Origin: Octopus sinensis
Lineage: Eukaryota
NCBI RefSeq assembly: GCF_006345805.1
Contig: NW_021834148.1
Location: forward strand, 1-51,158
Direction of reading: 5' to 3'
DNA: 51,158 nt
Shown here: positions 1 through 10,610 of the stretch, piece by piece
Layout: the number at the start of each line of letters is the position of its first letter
How positions within the stretch are numbered: the first letter of the stretch is position 1
Position numbers and translations under genes: made by a program
The notes under the pieces: generated by a model
Told to the model about the DNA's origin: nothing
Database searches by the model: none
What the model saw: the letters and a program-made list of their open reading frames with translations, nothing else

Positions 1-102
1 TGTTGTATGTATGATATAACGCGTGCGTACGTGTATGTGTTGAGTGTATCGAATGGGTGTATGTACGTGCTAATGAGGGTGCGTGTGGGAACGAGTACTT
101 GC

Positions 103-154
103 CTTCTAGTAGACAGACAATTTGGACATGCTGCCATCGCCAGGATCCTTAGCT
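103..154 (-). CDS. Candidate exon of a divergently transcribed gene (ATG at 137-135, MAACPNCLSTR..., GC-AG intron)
   Basis: Minus strand reads ttttgttatctttgtcgctag|AGCTAAGG...ACTAGAAG|gcaagt: a pyrimidine-rich acceptor and a consensus GC donor (AAG|GCAAGT). Upstream GTAAGT donors lie at 723/719. Product not identified. Confidence 0.35.
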
Positions 155-221
155 CTAGCGACAAAGATAACAAAAGTAATAAATGAAGATAATAAATTAA
201 ATTAGGGAATGGCCTGTATGG

Positions 222-226
<5 letters not shown>

Positions 227-319
<93 letters not shown>

Positions 320-410
320 GTATGTGTATGCGTGTATGTGTAGGTATGTATAGGCACACATGTGTACGTATGTGTGTGTGTATTATATGTGTTTATTGTA
401 TGTATGTGCA
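227..410. repeat. (TA)n/(TG)n microsatellite
   Basis: Directly visible dinucleotide run. Confidence 0.95.
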
Positions 411-751
411 CACATTTTATTTTTTTATTTTTTTATTTTTTATTTTTTATTTTTTATTTTTTATTTTTTTATTTATCTATCTTTCACCTAACTTACCTCT
501 GACTCCTTGACCACTCCCCCAAGTATGATATGTTGCGCTATGCCTACCCCAAAAAAGTCCCCCACCACCACTCCTTTAAACCTGCCTAAATGTATAAATG
601 CTAATACAATTCTTGTTAAATAGCTTCCTGAAGATTTCCTTGAATGAAACAGTACTAGTCCTGTAGAAGCTCCTTCTATATAATAAATAATTTTACTCTG
701 CTATGTATTGAGTACTTACTTACTGTGGTTACCCCGGATCAACCCGGGACC

Positions 752-796
<45 letters not shown>

Positions 797-798
797 TA

Positions 799-874
799 TA
801 TCCAGTGTGGGTCTCGAACGCACGACCCATAGATTAAGATTCTCGTGCACTAACAACTACGGAGCTAGCCCGAC
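799..874 (-). pseudogene. Degenerate tRNA-Lys(CTT)-like sequence
   Basis: Reverse complement GTCGGGCTAGCTCCGTAGTTGTTAGTGCACGAGAATCTTAATCTATGGGTCGTGCGTTCGAGACCCACACTGGATA aligns by eye to eukaryotic tRNA-Lys-CTT. B-box GTTCGAGAC is intact; acceptor, anticodon and T stems carry mismatches. Confidence 0.7.
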
Positions 875-1094
875 TCTGACTTTCTTTTTTTTTTTATCTA
901 TCAATAACAGTCCCTTCCTCCCCGGTCGACGCATCGTGTTGGAGGTGGGCACTTGGTCGTTATTCGAACTGCGTGTGTAGATGGTCGTGTTACACGTTAA
1001 TACTACAAGTTCCTGGTAACGCGAAGGTTGTTGATGTGAAATCATTCGAGATTTGCTTTCGTGACTTTAAGTGTGAGGGAGAGAAAGAGAAAGG

Positions 1095-1160
1095 CGGGCG
1101 GGCAGGCAGGCAGGCAGGCAGGCACGTGACAGGAAGTTAGGATATTGACGCCATTCCTTT
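1095..1160. promoter_or_regulatory. Promoter-like module (GC box-like GGGCGG, E-box CACGTGAC, ETS CAGGAAGT, YY1-like CGCCATT)
   Basis: Motifs are visible in a CpG-containing stretch near the left edge. Confidence 0.45.
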
Positions 1161-1662
1161 GTGACGGTTGGCGTGGAATGAGGTGAATTGGTAATGCTGA
1201 TAATAATAATATGATAATGATGATAAATCTTTTCTGCTGTAGACACAAGGCCTGAAATGTTGAGGGAGGGGGTAAGTCGATCGCATTTGACCCCGAAAGG
1301 ACGAAAAGCAAAGTCGAATATTAACTCTGATCGTAAAGAGCCGGAAGAAATGCCGCCGAACATTTTGTCCGGCGCTCTGACAATTCCTCCACCTCGCCGT
1401 CTTAGTTGTAGTAGTAGTAGTAGTAATAATAATGGCTTCAGATTTTGCCACAAGGGTAGCGATTTAGGGAGGCGAGGAGATGTGTCGATTACATCGACTC
1501 TCCGTGTTCAACTGGTACTTAGTTTTATCGACCCCGAAAGGATGAAGGGTAAAGTCGACCTCGGCGGAATTTGAACTCAGAACTTCGCGGCAGGCGAAAT
1601 GCCCCTAAACATTTCGCCCGGCGAAAGTGATTATTGACATGGCCTTATTTATATATATATAT

Positions 1663-1895
1663 ATATTTCTTTGCTACCCACAAGGGGCTAAACACAGAGG
1701 GGACAAACAAGGGCAGACAAAGTGATTAGGTCGATTACATCGACACCAATGCGTAACTGGTACTTAATTTATCGACCCCGAAAGGATGAAAGACAAAGTC
1801 GACCTCGGCGGAATTTGAACTCAGAACGTAACGGCAGACGAAATACGGCTTCGCATTTCGCCCGGCGTGCTACCGTTTCTGCCAGCTCGCCGCCG
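1663..1895 (-). mobile_element. tRNA-derived SINE family B (Meta-domain-like core)
   Basis: Reverse complement of the family B unit, with core GACTTTGCCTTTCATCCTTTCGGGGTCGATAAATTAAGTACCAG; degenerate copies at about 1275-1620. Confidence 0.8.
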
Positions 1896-2046
1896 CCTTC
1901 AAACTCCATTCTTCATCAAGTGCCACATATTAGAGGAGGCTCCTAGTAATAAGTGTAGCGCGAAACGGCGGTGCATCAGCATGGCCGCAGCTCTGAGCTG
2001 AAACTTTATATATACAGTATATTCGAAGTATTGGGACGATGTACAG

Positions 2047-2084
<38 letters not shown>

Positions 2085-2085
2085 G

Positions 2086-2210
2086 CATATTTGTCATTTG
2101 AATATGGCTAACCCCTAAGGGTGGATGCTACTGTGGTTTGTAGCCCCAGGAAGATATCTCCTCCAGTGGCATCCACCCTTGGGGGTTAGCCATATTCAAA
2201 TGGAAAATAT
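2086..2210. repeat. Foldback inverted repeat with about 40-bp arms (MITE-like)
   Basis: CATTTGAATATGGCTAACCCCTAAGGGTGGATGCTACT pairs with AGTGGCATCCACCCTTGGGGGTTAGCCATATTCAAATG. Confidence 0.85.
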
Positions 2211-2529
2211 CCGTCACGATGTGTTACCGCTACTGTTTATAACTCGCTCTGAGATTTATCATTATATATATATATATAGATATAGATATATATATATATA
2301 TAGATAGATATATAGATATATATATATAGATACATACATACATACATACATACATACATACATACATACATACATACATACATACATACATACATACATA
2401 CATAGAGAGAGTATGAAATCAACGTCCCCCTCTTTCTCTCTCCCATTTATATGTGAGAAACGTTGTTTCATTCTCTCAGCTATGAAAATGTTCGCAATGA
2501 GTGAATGGGATTAAATTACCCAGAGGCGG

Positions 2530-2615
2530 CTTCTTGACTGTGCTCAAACCACGTGACAGGAAGTGGCGTTCTTTTGTAATTTTTTCCTTTTTAGTTTAGT
2601 TTCACTTTCTCGTTG
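2530..2615 (+). promoter_or_regulatory. Probable ataxin-2 core promoter / 5' UTR
   Basis: CACGTGACAGGAAGT (E-box + ETS) at 2550-2564 followed by a pyrimidine tract, CpG-rich, just upstream of an ATG. Confidence 0.5.
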
Positions 2616-2686
2616 ATGTATCGACGTAACTTCGTGCGGGGCGGAATGGCCTTTCGAGGAATCAACCGTTATCCCTCAAAGACAAG
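2616..2686 (+). CDS. ATXN2: Ataxin-2 exon 1 (MYRRNFVRGGMAFRGINRYPSKTR; alternative ATG at 2646)
   Basis: ATG after the promoter motifs. It ends in phase 2 at AG|gtttcg (weak donor), the phase needed to join the downstream exons. No homology support for this peptide. Confidence 0.5.
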
Positions 2687-2804
2687 GTTTCGTATTCTAC
2701 TCTCGTTCTTTTCTATTAATTTTTATACGCCGAATGAGTGGAGCGTGTGTGATACGTATAGGGTAGTCTGTGTGTGTACTTACGTATATATATATACTTT
2801 TCCG

Positions 2805-3312
2805 TGTTTCAGTCATTTGACTGCGGCCATGCTGGAGCATCGACCTTTTGTTGAAGAAATCGACTCCGGGGCTTATTTATTATGCTTTGTACTTATTCTA
2901 TCGTTTTTTTTATGCCGAACCGCTAAGTTACGAGGACGTAAAACACATTAACGGCGGTTGTCAAGCGATGTGGAGTAGACGCACACACGCTCACATATAT
3001 AAACGACGGGCTTCTTTCAGTTTCCGTCTACCAAATCCACTCAAGGATTCGGTGGGACTGAACCCTGAATCATGTGGTTGGGAAGCAAGCTTCTTATCAC
3101 AGCCGCGCATGGGTGTGTTTATATATATAATTATATGTGTGCGTGTTACCCCACCATCGCTTAACCGATGGTGGTGTATTTACGTCCCCGTAACTTAGCG
3201 GGTCGGCAAAAGACCTCGATAGAATAAGTACTAGGCTTACAAATAAGATTTGTTTAACTAAAGGCGGTGCTCTAGCATGGCCGCAGTCAAATGACTGAAA
3301 CAAATAAAAGAA
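2805..3312. mobile_element. Two partial SINE family A copies in opposite orientation
   Basis: Antisense copy about 2805-3112 and sense copy about 3120-3312 of the ...GGCGGTGCTCCAGCATGGCCGCAGTCAAATGACTGAAAC family. Confidence 0.75.
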
Positions 3313-3466
3313 TATGCATACATATACACACCGTGTGTTTGTACATTTTCCATAAATTACCTTTACAATTAGAAAATGAAATTGAGGAAAACTCAGTAGG
3401 TTGTGTGCAACCAACGGCACCCTGCCTGGAAGTGCTTTAGTGTTTCATATAAAAACTTTGCCTATA

Positions 3467-3921
3467 TCTCTCTATATATAAACGGCAGTTTGTCTGTCTG
3501 TGTGTCTGTCAGGTTGTACCCTCACCCTGACCACGGCTTTCAACCGATTCTGATGAAACTTGACACACACATAGCCCAATGTCATAATTCAAAACTAACG
3601 CAGCGAAAATTTTGAAAAGTTCCCCCAGTTCTGAAAAAATCGATAAATTCGACATGGGGTTGAGAATCTAAGCTTTTTATATGCAACACATTTTCTGGGC
3701 TGATCACGCGTTGGGAGGCACAATGATGTTTTCATGTTTTCGCCCAAAGGGACAGCTAGGAACATCGTATACACAGAAGTATTCGAGTGAAGAGAAGACA
3801 TTGCAACCTACACATGCGCCTTCGTTCCCTAGAGGGAAAGGACTAGATTGGGATTAGTCGTTGCCTACTAGGGGCTATTACATACCCGGGCAATGCCGGG
3901 CAATGCCGGCTATGCTGCTAG
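3467..3921 (+). mobile_element. Non-autonomous Helitron (family H2)
   Basis: A|TC 5' end (TCTCTCTATATATAAA), 3' CCCGGGCAATGCCGGG hairpin, CTAG|T end, no TSD; paralog at 31620-32052. Confidence 0.8.
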
Positions 3922-4289
3922 TTTTCTAATAAACTTAACTGGATTCTTTTCTTCAAATAAATTTTTCAAATTGTAATACTAATTTATGGACACGTGTATG
4001 TGCATGTCTATTCATTCTCCTGAAAACTCAAGGTGGTGCCCCAGCATGGCCGCAGTCTGATGACTGAAACAAGTAAATTATCAATTATATATATATATTA
4101 AATTAGAGATAAAACCACTATTAGGGAAATCAAACAGTGAAAAACATAGAAATAAAATTAATTAATATAATATACAAAATATATAAAATATGTATATTAT
4201 ATTAATTAATTTTATTTCTGTGTTTTGGTTTATGTTTTTCACTGTTTGATTTACCTCATGGTGGTTTTATCTCTAATTTTATATCTCTC

Positions 4290-4487
4290 TCTTTTTACTC
4301 TCTTTTACTTGTTTCAGTCATTTGACTGCGGCCATGCTGGAGCACCGCCTTTAGTCGAACAAATCGACACCGGGACTTATTCTTTGTAAGCCCAGTACTT
4401 ATTCTATCAGTCTCTTTTTTGCCGAACCGCTAAGTGACGGGGACGTAAACACACCAGCATCGGTTGTCAAGCAATGTTAGGGGGACA

Positions 4488-4525
<38 letters not shown>

Positions 4526-4539
4526 ATACATACACATAC

Positions 4540-4613
<74 letters not shown>

Positions 4614-4772
4614 TATACGACAGGCTTCTTTCAGTTCCGTCTACCAAATCCACTCACAAGGCATTGGTCGGCCCGGGGCTATAGCAGAAGACACTTGCCC
4701 AAGATGCCAGGCAGTGAGACTGAACCCAGAACCATGTGGTTGGTTAGCAAGCTACTTACCACACAGCCATCC
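4290..4772 (-). mobile_element. tRNA-derived CORE-like SINE family A
   Basis: Near full-length antisense copy with A/B boxes, CCTTGGGCAAGTG core and an internal microsatellite. Confidence 0.85.
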
Positions 4773-4777
4773 CTACA

Positions 4778-5060
4778 GTGAGTGGATTTGGTAGACGGAA
4801 ACTGGAAGAAGCCCGTCGTATATATGTATATATATATGTGTGTATGTATGTATATGTTTGTGTGTCTGTGTTTGTCCCACCCACCATTGCTTGACAACCG
4901 ATGCTGGTGTGTTTACGTCCCGTAACTTAGCAGTTCAGCAAAAGAGACTGATAGAATAAGTACTCGGTTTACAAAGAATAAGTCCTGGGGTTGATTTACT
5001 CGACTAGAAGGCGGTGCTCCAGCATGGCCACAGTCAAATGACTGAAACAAGTAAAGAGAG
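4778..5060 (+). mobile_element. SINE family A, 5'-truncated
   Basis: Sense copy immediately adjacent to the antisense copy. Confidence 0.85.
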
Positions 5061-5312
5061 GTGTCTTATTCTTGAATATGTGCATTTTAGTGGACAGGAT
5101 TAGAACTGACCATCTCTACAGTGTATTTTTGTAATGTTTTTCATCTATAACCAGTTTGATCAGAGATGCTCATCGGGTGTCTTATTCTTGGATGTGTAAT
5201 GATTTCAAATCTGGATTGATAAATACCAATGGAATACTGGAGTCAGGTTAATTGATTGCACCTATCCCCCAAAGCTGCTTCTGTTAGAAATTACGAATAA
5301 ATATGACATATT

Positions 5313-5925
5313 TACTTACTTGTACTTGTGGTGACATTCACCCTGGGCAGGTTGAGTCAGCTTCTTCTACTCGTGGAAGAAGTTTCGTGGGAATATGTGG
5401 ATTTCACAAGTGGTCCCCAACAATCCCGCATGTAGAAACATCCTGTTTGCCACAGATTGTCCGCAGACGCAGGAACAGAATGACCGAGGAGCCGCCGGTT
5501 GCCGAAACAGACACTCCGAGGATTTTCACCAGTGTATTTTTGTAATGTTTACATCTATAACCAGTTTGATCAGTGATGGTCATCGGGTGTCTTATTCTTG
5601 GATGTGTAATGATTTCAAATCTGGATTGATAAATACCAATGGTTGTGGCCCTAATACCACTCGGTGTTTGCCGCAGATTGTCTGCAGACGCAGGGAAAGA
5701 ACGACCAAGGAGCCGCCGGTTGCCGAAACAGACACTCCGAGGATTTTCACCAGAGCCCCGTCTGCCGGGTTGTGGCCCTAATACCACTCGGTGTCAGACC
5801 AATCCGCCTTGGGTAGCCCTACCAGGAACCGGAGTTCTCGACGGCATAGCGCTGACACTACCCGTTGCCAGCGTCCCCACCACGGTAAGGAAGGGATGGA
5901 CTTTGGGGACCCGACATATTTGCTA
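5313..5925 (-). mobile_element. Bipartite non-autonomous RTE derivative (RTE-like 5' head + CAAGTA tail), internally rearranged
   Basis: Tail 5313-5366 matches the 3' end of the RTE fragment ending at 17060. Head carries CCTTACCGTGG...AGGGCTACCCAAGGC, resembling BovB/Expander 5' ends as I recall them. Confidence 0.6.
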
Positions 5926-6069
5926 ACAACTAGAAGACTATGAGTCTTGGTTGTTGTAAAAAGAACTACCTTAGTTATGTACACTACACTTATAACACCA
6001 TGGATGAATTTTCTTGAGCAGAAAACATGTTTCGTCTCAAGACCAACACTCTACCAGCCCCTATGAAGA

Positions 6070-6410
6070 TGTTCTGATACATCAAGAGACCCCTAGCCAG
6101 TGGCAGTACAGTAACTTGTACAAACTCTTCTGACCTTGATGTTGGGAGGCAAATACAGTCTGCCAGAAAGGCGTTTGTCTCTCTTAAGTGACTTAGGAGC
6201 TGCCATGACATTACTCACAACACAAAGATAAAGATGTATAGTGTCGCAGTGTTCCCTTGCCTCCTTTGTGCCACAGAATGCATGGCCCTCTACTGCAGGA
6301 ACATCAAGGCTCTGACATGAGTCCAACTTTGTCATCTGTACTCCATCTTGCATATCAGATGACAGGATCGCATTCCTGTTGTGAAGGTCAAGTGTCATGT
6401 GTAGAGGCCC
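6070..6410 (+). pseudogene. Decayed RTE-BovB-like reverse transcriptase C-terminal fragment
   Basis: Translates with stops to DLDVGRQIQSARKAFVSL...TKIKMYSVAVFPCLLCATEC...ILHIR*QDRI, the post-RT pattern of the RTE clade. Confidence 0.7.
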
Positions 6411-6444
6411 TGAAAGAATCCTGTCGTATATATGTATATATATA

Positions 6445-6728
6445 TATTTGGTAGACGGAAACTGAAAGAAGCCTGTCGTATATATAAATATATATATGTA
6501 TATGTATATGTATGTGTTTGTGTGTCTGTGTTTGTCCCCCTAGCATTGCTTGACAACCGACGCTGGTGTGTTTACGTCCCTGTCACTTAGCGGTTCGGTA
6601 AAAGAGACCGATAGAATACGTACTGGGCTTACACAGAATAAGTCCCGGGGGGTCGATTTGCTCGACTCAAGGCAGTGCTCCAGCATGGCCGCAGTCAAAT
6701 GACTGAAACAAGTAAAAGAGTAAAGAGT
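6445..6728 (+). mobile_element. SINE family A, 5'-truncated
   Basis: Matches the family A 3' part ending GAAACAAGTAAAAGAGTAAAGAG. Confidence 0.85.
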
Positions 6729-7104
6729 AACCCTGGGTGATAGAGCATTCATACTGATCTAAGGTCAATGCCATGCATATATTTTTAACAGATGTCCGTG
6801 ACAACAGCACAATGTCCATTAGTCATGTGATTATGATTCACTTCCCAAAATGGTTGTGGTGTGTCGTAAATAAAAAAAATTTCTTTACCCTTTTAATACT
6901 AACCTTCTTTAGACTGCCACTAGCTTTGTGATACAAACTTCTTTTGAAGTGATGGAAATTAAAACCTATTTATTTTCCAAGTACCATCTTGATAACAACA
7001 GTTAATGTTTTAAATTCGTTATTTTCAAAATTAATTGAAACAAAGCTAACGATCATATGATTAAGCTTATAAATCTTTGTCATGTTTGTCTTAGCATTTA
7101 AACC

Positions 7105-7441
7105 AGCTCAGCGCCGCCCTGACTGGCCTCCGTACCGGTGGCACGTAAAATGCACCATCCGATTGTGGCCGTTGCCAGCCTCGTCTGGCACCTGTGCAGG
7201 TGGCACGTAAAAAGCACCATCCGATCGTGGCCGTTTGTCAGCCTCGTCTGGCACCTGTGCAGGTGGCATGTAAAAAACACCCACTACTCTCACGGAGTGG
7301 TTGGCGTTAGGAAGGGCATCCAGCTGTAGAAACACTGCCAGATCAGACTAGAGCCTGGTGCAGCCTTCTGGCTTCCCAGACCCCAGTTGAACCATCCAAC
7401 CCATGCTAGCATGGAAAACGGACATTAAACGATGATGATGA
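7105..7441 (+). mobile_element. RTE-tail short element family C
   Basis: Repeated GTGCAGGTGGCACGTAAAAAGCACC modules, then GGCGTTAGGAAGGGCATCCAG and a (GAT)n tail. Confidence 0.85.
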
Positions 7442-7605
7442 TTATCCAGCCAAAATATATTTGTTTTATGTTCAAACTGGCCACATCTGGTCTCTCACAC
7501 CTCCCCTACAATGTCATACTAAAACTAAACCATCACATCGTGATCTATATTCACAAACTTAGCAAAGTTTTGTATTTGATCCATACACCAAATTGTACTC
7601 TTGCT

Positions 7606-8055
7606 CTCTCTCTTTTACTTGTTTCAGTCATTTGACTGCAGCCATGCTGGAGCACCGCCTTTAGTCGAGCAAATCGACCCCGGTACTTATTCTTTGTAAG
7701 CCCAGTACTTATTTTATCTGTCTCTTTTGCCGAACCGCTAGGTGACGGGGAAGTAAACACACCAGCATCGGTTGTCAAGCAATGCTAGGGGGACAAATAC
7801 AGACACAAACATACACACACACACTCACACACACACATGTATATGTATGTGTGTGTGTTTGTGTGTCTGTGTTTGTCTCCCTAGCATTGCTTGACAACCG
7901 ATGCTGCTTTCAGTTTCCGTCTACCAAATCCACTCACAAGGCTTTGGTCGGCCCGAGGCTATAGTAGAAGACACTTGCCCAAGATGCCACGCAGTGGGAC
8001 TGAACCCGGAACCATGTGGTTGGTAAGCAAGCTACTTACCACGCAGCCACTCCTG
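7606..8055 (-). mobile_element. SINE family A
   Basis: Antisense copy. Confidence 0.85.
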
Positions 8056-9570
8056 TAGCGAGTTTTTTTTTTTTTGGTCACCATAAATAAGTACTGGGTT
8101 GGGATCAAAAAGATTAATCTATGTTCCAAACACTGTTATTTTACTAAATTCATTGTAAACATCATTTGAAAGAACGGCATCATAATACTGCAGAAATATA
8201 GTAATAAAAGGGTTAAATTAACTAATAACACTGTTTAATAGCTAAATGTTGCCTTCTGTTTTTGTTTTTTTTTTCCTTTTGGATACATGCCAATATGACT
8301 ACTAATACTACACATGTTGATATTAGTCACACAAAGATTAAGCAAACCGGATGCCTAGGTGAAGGTGGAGGATGTTGAATGTGTTGTAAACAAGAAGTTA
8401 CTTCGTTAACTGATACAATCTAATGACAACAAGAGCACTCAGAGACTGCAAACCTCTGCCAAGGCAACACCAACGTCCTCTTAACGATTAGCCGGAGATG
8501 ATTTTTAAAATGAGAATATCTGGAATAAACTTGAATGCTAAGAATGAACCTGACCACTCTCAAAAATTAAGTAAGAAAAAAAAATGGAAAAATAATCCAG
8601 AATCCTTGTCCGGTATCGGATTGATCCCAAAATCTAATCAGTGTGTGCCAGCCACAAGGCCAAATATCCCTGAAAGTTTTATCTGAATCCATCCTGCGGT
8701 TCTCGAGATATCTTGTCCACAAACAAACAAACAAACGTGACTGAGAACAATACAGAAATTGCTAGAATCATCCTAAATCCATCATATACTCTCAATTAAT
8801 AGCTCCCTAATAGTAATTAATTATAAAATAATATACTACATTACCTACCATTAATTACAATATTCATTTTCATATCAATACATAATTACATTGAAAGTAA
8901 TTGGCTGCCAATTAATCAGTTATTTGTCGATAAAGCATCACTGATTAATCGTTAATCAGCCATTTTGCTTATCAGTACTGCATCCTTAAAGTCATTAACA
9001 AGGTCTTTTACCAACCAGCAACACTGGCGTTTCTCTCACTTGTTGACTCCGTCCCAGTTCCCCTGCCCGCCTCATACATCCCACCCTCATGTCTTCAGGT
9101 TTCTTTTGTTTTTAAAAACGCAGTTTCCTCTTTGTTTACATCACATATTTTGCATTCCTCTTTGATCAGAATACTGTATGTGTGTGTGTGTTTGTGGATT
9201 TCTTATGTGAATTTGTGTTTTTAGTTATTTGCATATGTGTGTCTAATATTTATGCACATGTATATGAGTATATTTTCTCTACATCTCTTCTCTCTGTATC
9301 TGTCTATATGTGTGTGTATATGTTTATTTGAGAGACAGAGCCAGGCATACTTAGGCTGAACAACAACAGTGAGTAGGAAACAGGATTGTTTTTAATCAGT
9401 AGGTAACTGTGAGCTAATAAACATTGTTTACTCAGTGGCAGCCTTCCTTCCTTAAAATATTAAATCTCCATGGAGTATTATCATTAAAGGTTGTTGTTGT
9501 TGTTGTTTTTAATGGACAACAGATTGGTAGAAATATTAGTGTCAGACAAAACTTGCCTTGTAGCATTTAA

Positions 9571-10348
9571 CCCTTTAGTGTTCAGAATACTCTGTTAAAT
9601 ATAATACTTTTTTTCTCAAATTGTTTTGAATTAATCATGCATTATCTTATCGCCCACAACATCATAAGCGGAAAGTGTAACCTCTCGAAAGAGCTGTTCT
9701 TCACTCCTGCTCCAGAGCGTCGGCTGCGGGGTCATTCTGAAAAGCTCTACCTGCGACGATTTCATCTCGATCGAAGGAGAGAAGCTTTCTCCGTCCGGGT
9801 TGCGGATCCGTGGAACAAGCTGCCAGACGAGATGGTGAAGATGCCGACGACCGCTTTGTTCAAAGCCTCCCTTGACCTCAAGTGGCCTGAACTCTTTACA
9901 TGAACACCACCCTGTACTTAACTCCATGTCCCCCTACATGGCCTTGCTATTTGCTTTTGAGCCAAATTAACTAACTAACTAAGCTTTGAGGTTTCAATGA
10001 TGTGATTGTTTATTTTCAGAATGGCATTGTAGGTTAGGAGTGAGAGGCTAGATATCGCCAGTTTGAATATAAAACATGTAGAATATATTGGGCCGGATTT
10101 GGCCGGTTTAAACACTAAGGAGTTTAACCCTTTAGCATTCAGATTACTCTGTCAAGTGTAAAGCCTGTTTAATCACATTGTTTTAAATTAATTGTACAGC
10201 ATCTTGTAACTCTGAGATTTTGATGAGGTCCCTGTTTATTTTTGGAATGACTTTGTAGGGTAGGTGTGAGAGGTCAGAGCTGGCTGGTTTGAGCATAAAA
10301 CAGGAAGACAAATTTGGGACTGATATGGCCGGTTTAAACACTATAGGG
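9571..10348. mobile_element. Two head-to-tail TTAA MITEs (piggyBac-like family D); the first is interrupted by a CR1 fragment
   Basis: TTAA|CCCTTTAG...AGGG|TTAA termini at 9567-9570, 10124-10127 and 10349-10352. Confidence 0.75.
9651..9982 (+). mobile_element. 5'-truncated CR1-clade LINE 3' end
   Basis: ORF ...RGHSEKLYLRRFHLDRRREAFSVRVADPWNKLPDEMVKMPTTALFKASLD (CR1 C-terminal motif) followed by a (CTAA)n tail. Confidence 0.85.
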
Positions 10349-10610
10349 TTAATTCTATCCCTTTTAATATTCTGATCTTAAAACCCCACCGTCATCATAA
10401 TCATTGTCATCACATCTTATTCCATGCTGGCATGGGTGGGATGAAGTTTACTGAGGAAGCATTCAGTTAGCCTTCCTATCACTGTTTTTTTTCAAGTAAG
10501 GGTTTTTTAGGGTTTACAAACCACAGGAGAATTGTTTGTAAGAGAAATGAAGTGTTTACTGTGCTTGAATCAGTGTAAAAACATACACAGACATATATGT
10601 TATATATGTA

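Noticed and set aside
1067-1574. 100-128-aa ORFs in the promoter region
   Set aside because: Composed of simple repeats and degenerate SINE B sequence; no recognisable domain
7430-7441. Many ATGATGA motifs suggesting C/D snoRNA C-boxes
   Set aside because: They are (GAT)n tails of RTE-related elements; no paired D-box with a terminal stem was identified
9333-9368. Possible poison micro-exon ending at ACA|gtgagt
   Set aside because: Weak acceptor without a proximal pyrimidine tract; expected by chance in an 11-kb intron
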